From positions 390,001-422,000 of the forward strand of contig NC_009776.1 of the NCBI RefSeq assembly GCF_000017945.1: a stretch of DNA of 32,000 nt, given 5' to 3'. The DNA comes from Ignicoccus hospitalis KIN4/I. Its GTDB lineage: Archaea > Thermoproteota > Thermoprotei_A > Sulfolobales > Ignicoccaceae. Below the pieces are notes generated by a model that searched no databases, had not been told where the DNA came from, and was given only the letters and a program-made list of their open reading frames with translations. This document shows positions 25,840 to 32,000 of the stretch, piece after piece. Within the stretch, counting starts at the first letter, position 1. Each line of letters starts with the position of its first letter. Position numbers and translations under genes: made by a program.

Positions 25840-26476
25840 CCTTTTCCCTTCCGTAGAAACATACGTTGTTCGCGCACATCACCTCGGGCTCCAAGCTGAG
25901 GGCCCTCTCCAAGCTCCTCCTCCAGGCCCCCTCGTCGCTCCCCCAGTCCTTGCTCAAGGGGCCGAGGAGGTCGCCGGCGAGCAAGACGCCCTCGTAGTAG
26001 ACGCCGAGGCTCCCCGCAGTGTGGCCGGGGAGCCAGAGCACCTCTGCCCCGCAGACCTCCGCGTCCCCCCTCAGCACCCAGCCCACTGGACAAGGCTTGA
26101 ACTCTACTCCTATAACCTTCGAGGCCGTGTATATCGGGTCTCCCTTTTGGATCGCGTAGGCGTCCCTCTCCCCCGCAGCGACGGTCACCCCTAAGGAGTG
26201 GAAGAGCCAGTCCCCTCCGGCGCGGTCCGCGTGGGCGTGGGTGTTGATTAACGCTTCCAGCTCCTCAGGCCTAACCTCGTACATAAGCAAGTTCTGAAGC
26301 GCCATCTCACCGAAGGCCCCGGAGTCCACCAAGAAAGGACACTCCGCCTTCACTAAGAACGCTTGCCCCTCGTCGTTTATAGGGGGGCCGGCGAGCAAGA
26401 AGACCCCCTCGGCGACCCTCAAGCGACCACAACTTTCGGCGAACCCTGATCCATTATATCTCTGGGTCCTCCGCAA
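25787..26476 (-). CDS. Metallo-beta-lactamase fold hydrolase
   Basis: INTHAHADRAGG (HxHxD), LPGHTAGSLGVYYEGVLLAGD. Confidence 0.88.
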   Translation of the reverse strand: MRRTQRYNGSGFAESCGRLRVAEGVFLLAGPPINDEGQAFLVKAECPFLVDSGAFGEMALQNLLMYEVRPEELEALINTHAHADRAGGDWLFHSLGVTVAAGERDAYAIQKGDPIYTASKVIGVEFKPCPVGWVLRGDAEVCGAEVLWLPGHTAGSLGVYYEGVLLAGDLLGPLSKDWGSDEGAWRRSLERALSLEPEVMCANNVCFYGREKVKAVLEKSLELGPPWLS

Positions 26477-26494
26477 GTATTACGGGACTTCGTC

Positions 26495-26935
26495 GTGAAG
26501 ACAGAGCTGCTGGACGAGACCTTGCTGCTCAAGCCGATAGACGGCGTGGCCCTCACGCTTTCCATGGGGGACGCGAAGAAGTACATGATCAAGAAGGAGG
26601 TTACCGTGTTTTCCCCGGACGACCCGGAGGACGTGTGCTCCACCGCCCTCAAGTACGCGCAGTTCTGGAGGACCGCCTTGAACTTGAGGGGCGAGCGCTT
26701 TGGCTGGTGCGACGAGGAGGACTTCAGCGCTAGGTACTTAGCCGGCACCAAGGGGAAGTACGCAGTGGTCGTGGAGTGCGCGGACGTCACGGCCGATCCC
26801 GAAAGGACCTCCGGGAGCGGCTTCGCGCCCCTCGGCCACGTGCTCCCCCTGGTCTTCTACGCTGTGCTCTGTAAAGCTTACGTGGTGAGGGCTAAGAGCT
26901 TGGAGGAGCTCATGGAGTGGGTGCCCGCGCGGTGA
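26495..26935 (+). CDS. Hypothetical protein, translationally coupled to the following ABC ATPase
   Basis: 146 aa ORF whose stop overlaps the probable GTG start of the downstream ATPase. Confidence 0.6.
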   Translation: MKTELLDETLLLKPIDGVALTLSMGDAKKYMIKKEVTVFSPDDPEDVCSTALKYAQFWRTALNLRGERFGWCDEEDFSARYLAGTKGKYAVVVECADVTADPERTSGSGFAPLGHVLPLVFYAVLCKAYVVRAKSLEELMEWVPAR

Positions 26936-27516
26936 GCGTGATCGCGGAAGGGGTGACCGTTGCCTACGGAAACAAGGTGGTATTGAAGGACGTCAACTTG
27001 GTCTTGGGGCCTGGCAAGTACTGGCTCTCCGGGCCCAACGCCTCCGGGAAGACCACCCTCTTGAAGACTCTGTCCTTCTTGATAAAGCCCGTTAAGGGGA
27101 GGGTGGTGGCCTTCGGGAAGGAGGACGCTAGGGGGGAGGTGGTCTACGTTCCACCCTCCCCGGTGCTCTTGAAGGGAACGGTCTTGAGGAACTTGGAGTT
27201 CGGGGTGAGGATAAGGGGGTCCGGCGACCCGCTGTGGGCGGCCAAGAAGTTGGGCATCGAGGACTTGCTCCACGAGGACGTTAGTTCCCTCTCAAGCGGC
27301 CAAGCGGCTCTGGTAACGCTGGGCAGGGCGCTGGCGGTGAGGCCTAGGGCCCTAATGGTCGACGAGATACTGAGCTATTTGGACGAGGAGAACAAGGAGG
27401 TAGCGCTGAAGGCGCTCGACGAGGCCGAAGTGGTGGTCATCGCCTCCCACGAGCCCTTGAACTTGCCCCGGATCAGGGTTAAGGGCGGGAGGGCCTTCCT
27501 CGAGAGAGCCGTTTGA
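26932..27516 (+). CDS. ABC transporter ATP-binding protein (probable tungstate/molybdate uptake)
   Basis: Walker A GPNASGKTT, signature LSSGQ, Walker B ALMVDE; GTG at 26932 preferred over track start 26917. Confidence 0.82.
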   Translation: MSVIAEGVTVAYGNKVVLKDVNLVLGPGKYWLSGPNASGKTTLLKTLSFLIKPVKGRVVAFGKEDARGEVVYVPPSPVLLKGTVLRNLEFGVRIRGSGDPLWAAKKLGIEDLLHEDVSSLSSGQAALVTLGRALAVRPRALMVDEILSYLDEENKEVALKALDEAEVVVIASHEPLNLPRIRVKGGRAFLERAV

Positions 27517-28144
27517 CGACGAACGACGTTCCCACGCTTAAGAAGGTCAGTATCAAACCCAGCTCGGTGGCCTTCTCGTACTCGCCCATCTGCGCGTACA
27601 AAGCTATGGCCGTGCTCAAGGTCCTAGTGTAGCCCTCGATGTTGCCCCCCACTATCAGCGCCACCCCCAGCTCGCCCACCGCCCGCGAGAAGGCCATAGC
27701 AATTGAGCCCGCCAGCTCCTCCACCACCTCCGCCGCCGAGGCCAAGAGCGCCTTGACCTCGTCCGCCCCGAACGTCCTGGCCAGCTCCCCGTAGTTCTGG
27801 TAGGCCCAGTTGAGGGCCGAGTGGGAGGTCGCCACTATCAGAGGGGTCACTAGGAGGGCCTCCCCGAGGACCACCGCGTAGGGGGTGTAGAGCAAGCCCA
27901 AGGAGCCCAGGGGGCACTTGGGGCATATGAGGTCGTACAAGAAGAGGCCCACCAGCACCGTGGGGACGCCGACTAAGCCCTCGAAGAAGGAGAGGAGGGG
28001 CCTCAGCGCCTTGTACCTAACTATCAAAAAGGTGAGGGGGATGGACCAAGAAGACGCCAGCGCCACTGCAGTGCCGGATATCCAGAGGGAGCGGGCCACC
28101 AGCTCGGCTACTTCGCCAGCTCCTCCCATATCTGGGAAAGCCAC
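27479..28144 (-). CDS. tupB: ABC transporter permease, tungstate (TupB-like)
   Basis: ALASSWSIPLTFLIVRYKAL, FEGLVGVPTVLVGLFLY, SRAVGELGVALIVGGNIEGYTRTLSTAIAL. Confidence 0.85.
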   Translation of the reverse strand: MAFPDMGGAGEVAELVARSLWISGTAVALASSWSIPLTFLIVRYKALRPLLSFFEGLVGVPTVLVGLFLYDLICPKCPLGSLGLLYTPYAVVLGEALLVTPLIVATSHSALNWAYQNYGELARTFGADEVKALLASAAEVVEELAGSIAMAFSRAVGELGVALIVGGNIEGYTRTLSTAIALYAQMGEYEKATELGLILTFLSVGTSFVVKRLSRGRPSRP

Positions 28145-28971
28145 GCCTCCTTCCCCTCCGCCGGGTAGAACAAGGGGACGCCGAACTCTTCCTTCCCGTA
28201 GCTGGCTATGATCTCTTGGCCCTCTCCCTTCAAGAACTTTAAGAACTCGAGCGCCTTGGGGTCGTTGCAGCCCTTCACGCGGTAGGCGCTGTAGACGTTT
28301 ATCAGCTCCGTCGAGTTGCTGTAGAGTATTTCCAAGTTGTCCAACTTGCCTTCCTTCTTAAGCTTCAAGAATGTCGATATGTCGCTGAGGGTGTAGGCCT
28401 TCAAATCGTTGGCCACTATGAGGGTCTTGGCCATGCCAGAGCCCGTGGACTTGTACCACTCCTTGCCCTTGGGGTCCAAGCCGGCAAGCTTCCACAAGCT
28501 CAGCTCCTTCACGTTCGTGCCCGACATGTCCCCCCTGCTGACGAATGTTGCTTCGCCGCGCTCGCCGGCCTCGTATATCTTCTTAAAGGCCTCAACGGCG
28601 TCGGTCGAATTCCTAATCCCGGCCGGGTCGTCCTTCGGACCCACTATTACGAAGTAGTTGTAGGCAAATATTATGTGGTCCGTAAGGTAGTCAGAGTACT
28701 TCTTCTCCAATGATGGGGCGTGGACCAAGGTTAAACATACGGCGCCGTCCTTGGCCAGCCTGAGCGCTTGGCCGCTGCCCACCACCAAGAACTGGAGCTC
28801 GGTCCCGCTTTCCTTCTTAAAGTAGGAAGAGAGCGCGCCCAGCAAGCCGCTGTCGTACAAGCTGGTAGTAGTGGAGACCTTCAACGAGTTGTGGGGCTTG
28901 GGGTATAATACCCAAACGGCTACGGCGACCGCCAAAGCGGCTACGAGCGCGAGCAGCGCCCTCTTGTCCAA
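28108..28971 (-). CDS. tupA: Tungstate ABC transporter substrate-binding protein (TupA-like)
   Basis: Signal/TM N-terminus followed by KVSTTTSLYDSGLLGALSSYFKKESG, SRGDMSGTNVKE, YTLSDISTFL. Confidence 0.88.
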   Translation of the reverse strand: MDKRALLALVAALAVAVAVWVLYPKPHNSLKVSTTTSLYDSGLLGALSSYFKKESGTELQFLVVGSGQALRLAKDGAVCLTLVHAPSLEKKYSDYLTDHIIFAYNYFVIVGPKDDPAGIRNSTDAVEAFKKIYEAGERGEATFVSRGDMSGTNVKELSLWKLAGLDPKGKEWYKSTGSGMAKTLIVANDLKAYTLSDISTFLKLKKEGKLDNLEILYSNSTELINVYSAYRVKGCNDPKALEFLKFLKGEGQEIIASYGKEEFGVPLFYPAEGKEAWLSQIWEELAK

Positions 28972-28990
28972 GCTCTGCCCTCGCGGGCGC

Positions 28991-30442
28991 TCACGCGAAC
29001 CTTATTAAGGGCTTCCAGAAGCTTACTTTCTCTTTAGATATCACTGCAATCAAGTCCCCGGAGGCAGCGCACAGCTCTCCGGGCTCGACCTTGGAGACCA
29101 GCTCGTAGAACCCCTTGTCGAGCAAGAAGAGCCTCAACTTGTTCCCGTCCAAGACGAAGAGGGCCCGGTCGCTCAGGCAAGCGCTCGACGTCCGGGAGGT
29201 GTGGACCTTCAAGACCTCCTTGCGCCCCTCGTACAGCCTCACCCTCGGGGGCGCGAAGGTCTTGATCGCTACCTTGTCCCCGAGCTCGTCCAAGTCCCTA
29301 ACTCCGTTTGAGTCTCTCCTCCAGACCTTCCTCAGCTCGCGGTCGAACGCTAGCGCCTCCCCGAAGAGGTTATAGGCGTAGAGCCTCTCGCCGGCGTACA
29401 GCGCGTATGCCCCTTGGGACAGCTCCACCTCGTAGTCCTCCTCCGCCACGTAGAGCTTGGCCTTCTCGAAGGCGCTCCACGGGACCTTCCAAGGGACGCT
29501 GGAGGGGCCTATGGCCACTATTACCGTCGGGCTGAGCAGGGTAAGGGTGCTGGTCACCGGCCTGGAGGGGATCGAGAAGATGGCCTTGTTCGCGAACCTG
29601 ACGCACGAGAAGGGCTCGGACGGGAGCTCCAAGCGCCTCCCGTCGACAAACGCCTTATCCCCTATAGAGTATAAGTTGTCGTCGTAGTAACACGAGGTCT
29701 TTATACCTAAGTCCCTAACTCGGCCGTCCTTTATTATAACGGTCGTCCTAGAGGTATGCACCACCGCCCCGCCCCTAACCTTGAAGGCCCTCTCCACGCT
29801 CCCCAACCAAATCTCGCCGACCTTCTCCGACTTGAACCTCCTAAGGGGCTCCGGGACCCCTTGGTAGAGCGCCACCGTCCCGTATGGGAGTTCCCTCTCC
29901 CCCTCGAGCCTCTCCCCGTCCAAGGCGTAGAAGGGGGCCTCGAACTTTACTTTCAACGCCTCTCCGACTTCCACCACGGAGTATGGGAAGTCCAAGTCCA
30001 GCTCGCTCAGCTCGTCGGGATGGGGGAGCTCCTTCTCTAGGTATATGCCGCCCACCTCCAGCGAGGCCTTCGCACCCCCGACCGGGAACACCGGGAAGGT
30101 GGCCTCCCCCTCGCTGCGCCCCTCCACCCTCTGGCCGTAGACCTTGCCGCGGTACTCGCCCTTCCCCAAGATGTATATTATCACTACCCCGTTTACTTTG
30201 CCCAGCGCCCCCACCTCCGGCACTTGGAACACGAACTCCTTGTCGCCGAACTTGCCCCTCTCCCCCTCCTTCCCCTTCAATAATACCTTTCCCTTGAGGC
30301 CCAGCTTGAGCTTGTTGCCGTCCAGCCCGGGGACCTCCCCTCGCACCTCCACCTCAGCGGACTCCCAAGGCGCCCTGAGGTAGGAGCACTCGACGTAAAC
30401 TACTCCCTTCTCCTCGCCGACCGCCCTACAACGCGTCCACAC
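28991..30442 (-). CDS. Hypothetical beta-rich (possibly propeller-like) protein
   Basis: 483 aa beta-strand-rich sequence with two VHTSRT motifs; no family recognised. Confidence 0.55.
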   Translation of the reverse strand: MWTRCRAVGEEKGVVYVECSYLRAPWESAEVEVRGEVPGLDGNKLKLGLKGKVLLKGKEGERGKFGDKEFVFQVPEVGALGKVNGVVIIYILGKGEYRGKVYGQRVEGRSEGEATFPVFPVGGAKASLEVGGIYLEKELPHPDELSELDLDFPYSVVEVGEALKVKFEAPFYALDGERLEGERELPYGTVALYQGVPEPLRRFKSEKVGEIWLGSVERAFKVRGGAVVHTSRTTVIIKDGRVRDLGIKTSCYYDDNLYSIGDKAFVDGRRLELPSEPFSCVRFANKAIFSIPSRPVTSTLTLLSPTVIVAIGPSSVPWKVPWSAFEKAKLYVAEEDYEVELSQGAYALYAGERLYAYNLFGEALAFDRELRKVWRRDSNGVRDLDELGDKVAIKTFAPPRVRLYEGRKEVLKVHTSRTSSACLSDRALFVLDGNKLRLFLLDKGFYELVSKVEPGELCAASGDLIAVISKEKVSFWKPLIRFA

Positions 30443-31188
30443 TTCCTCAGCCAGCTCGGGGGCAGCACGAGCGCTAAAAACGGCAAGTAGCTCACCTTCC
30501 CGGGGCCGTAGAAGACCTCGACCTTGCCGAACTTCCAGTACTCGCCGGACGGGGAGCCCCCGTAAGCCCAGCCCTCCTCGAGCTCCACCTCGCCGAAGGG
30601 AGGGGGCACCGGGACTACACCGTAGGGGGTGACGCCTGAGCTAACGGCCTCCGCGAAGACCTTTGCTGCCTCGTAGAGGCTCATCTTCCTCGCGCTCCAC
30701 ACGTCCTCGCCGTTGACGTACAAGTAGTAAAGCACCGTGAGGCCGAAGAAGTAGGGGGAGAGGTCTCCGAACCCTCTCGTCACCCACTCCGCGTAGCCGC
30801 TCCTCTTGTAGAGCTCGGGGTAGAGCAAGTAGCAGCTCAACTCCGCCAGCCCCTCCGCGAACCACAACGGCCAGTAGGCGCCCCTCTCCATTTCTATCAC
30901 GTGCGTTAGCTCGTGAGCCAGCGTGCAGTAGTTCAGCTCCCTTAGGGAGACCGCGTACTCGTGCAACCCGGGGACTCCCGAGGCGTAGTTAGCTTCCCCG
31001 AGGCGCAGCTCCACCCTAGCCCTCGCTTTGCCCCACAAGGCCTCCACCTTGGGGGCCACCTCCTCGCACGCCTTCCTCAAGTCCGGGTCTTCCGAGACGC
31101 AAGTCATGGCGAGGGCCGCGAGGGCGGAGAGCGCGAGCAGCAGAGCCACTTTCACCCCGCTCCCCCACGCTTTTGTGACCCGAACCAA
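30400..31188 (-). CDS. Predicted secreted/membrane-anchored zinc metallopeptidase (gluzincin, peptidase-MA-like)
   Basis: N-terminal hydrophobic signal (VKVALLLALSALAALAMTC), HExxH in CTLAHELTHVIEMERG, downstream WFAEGLAELSCY supplying a third ligand. Confidence 0.65.
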   Translation of the reverse strand: MVRVTKAWGSGVKVALLLALSALAALAMTCVSEDPDLRKACEEVAPKVEALWGKARARVELRLGEANYASGVPGLHEYAVSLRELNYCTLAHELTHVIEMERGAYWPLWFAEGLAELSCYLLYPELYKRSGYAEWVTRGFGDLSPYFFGLTVLYYLYVNGEDVWSARKMSLYEAAKVFAEAVSSGVTPYGVVPVPPPFGEVELEEGWAYGGSPSGEYWKFGKVEVFYGPGKVSYLPFLALVLPPSWLRKCGRVVGRSARRRE

Positions 31189-31354
31189 GGAAATATACTT
31201 AAATTTTGAGTACTCTCCCTTGACCTCGAAAATTTCAGTCAGACGGTTTCCGAAGGGAAAGTTTCAAGCGTAACGCTCAAATAATCCGAGTATATGCCGG
31301 TCAATACATGCCTATAAACCGCCCCGGCCCTCCGTGCTTAGCGGTAGAGCAGTC

Positions 31355-32000
31355 GTGTTCGAGCGCTACTCGAGGGCCACCCCCCTCGGGGCGTACTTGG
31401 AGGAAGGGCGGAGGTTCAGGGAAGAGGGCTTCATAAGGACGGACTACCCCCCTAAGAGGGACGAGGTCCTCTGGAACCCCAAAATTATGAGGATGCCCAG
31501 GGAAGAGCTGGAGAAGATAAAGACCCAGAGGCTCAAGGCCATAGTTAAGTGGGCGTGGGAGCACAGCGAGTTCTACCGCAAGTTCTGGAAGAGCAAGGGC
31601 TTCCACCCGGACATGATAAAGACTCACGAGGACGTGGTCAAGATACCGGTCCTCACCAAGAAGGACTTGAGAGCGGACTTGCAGAAGAACCCGCCTTACG
31701 GCACCATAATGGTTCCGGAACTGGCCAAGTACATACACTTCGTGGGCGCCACCTCCGGCAGCACCGGGATGCCCACCTTCCAAGGCTGGGGCAGGGTGGA
31801 GCTGGACTACTTCGAGGAACAGCAAGCTAGGTACTTGTGGACCTTCGCCGGCGTCAAGCCCGGCGTAGTCTATGCGAACTACCTCAACATGAGCGGCTTC
31901 TACAGCTGGGGCCCGCCCCTCGTGGAGACCGCCATGTGGAGGTGCGGCGCCACCGCCATCGCCGGCGGGGGCGAGACCTTCTTCACTTGGAAGGACAGGC
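31355..32000 (+). CDS. Phenylacetate-CoA ligase-like AMP-dependent acyl-CoA synthetase, 3' truncated by window end
   Basis: Translated from GTG at 31355: [26 protein letters not shown]...[18 protein letters not shown]...; not in the supplied ORF track because it runs off the window. Confidence 0.85.
   Translation, partial: MFERYSRATPLGAYLEEGRRFREEGFIRTDYPPKRDEVLWNPKIMRMPREELEKIKTQRLKAIVKWAWEHSEFYRKFWKSKGFHPDMIKTHEDVVKIPVLTKKDLRADLQKNPPYGTIMVPELAKYIHFVGATSGSTGMPTFQGWGRVELDYFEEQQARYLWTFAGVKPGVVYANYLNMSGFYSWGPPLVETAMWRCGATAIAGGGETFFTWKDR

Noticed and set aside
31336-31385. tRNA-like string (gcttagcggtagagc...gttcgagcg) upstream of the acyl-CoA synthetase gene
   Set aside because: Resembles a D-stem/loop but there is no anticodon arm or matching acceptor stem, and the latter half is explained by the N-terminal coding sequence from GTG 31355.
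1-32000. Search by eye for transposases, IS terminal repeats, integrases, rRNA or tRNA genes
   Set aside because: No transposase/integrase motifs and no convincing tRNA T-loop or rRNA sequence were found; a tRNAscan-SE/Infernal run would be needed to exclude small RNAs such as C/D box sRNAs.

Overview
This is a GC-rich, densely packed archaeal chromosomal window, most likely from a hyperthermophilic crenarchaeote (Ignicoccus/Desulfurococcales-like; an inference from gene content and many TTG/GTG starts). Most of it is housekeeping: GT2-GtrA glycosyltransferase, PurP, CBS protein, SdhB-like Fe-S subunit, aldo/keto reductase, ribosomal protein P1/L12, phosphopantothenate-pathway ligase, proteasome alpha, SSS symporter with a small partner, UspA, UbiA-like, NrdG-like radical SAM, peroxiredoxin, class I LysRS, TrpG/PabA and tungstate-type ABC genes. 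The standout is a Type III CRISPR-Cas (Cmr) effector operon at 15721-22010 (cmr4-cmr5-cmr6-cas10/cmr2-cmr3), followed across convergent lysS by a 12-repeat/11-spacer array at 23553-24303. Cas10 keeps an N-terminal HD motif, but its palm motif reads GGEL instead of GGDD. No cmr1, cas6, cas1, cas2 or CARF effector is visible in the window. The array repeats change in discrete steps (four variants in blocks), which fixes the leader at the high-coordinate end and implies leftward transcription toward lysS, only ~50 bp beyond the last repeat. A Cas4-like nuclease lies ~1 kb beyond the leader. Other points worth a second look: an archaeosortase-like protein at the left edge, a secreted HExxH metallopeptidase-like protein, a UbiA-like gene whose conserved N-terminus lies upstream of any canonical start codon, and several hairpins/palindromes.
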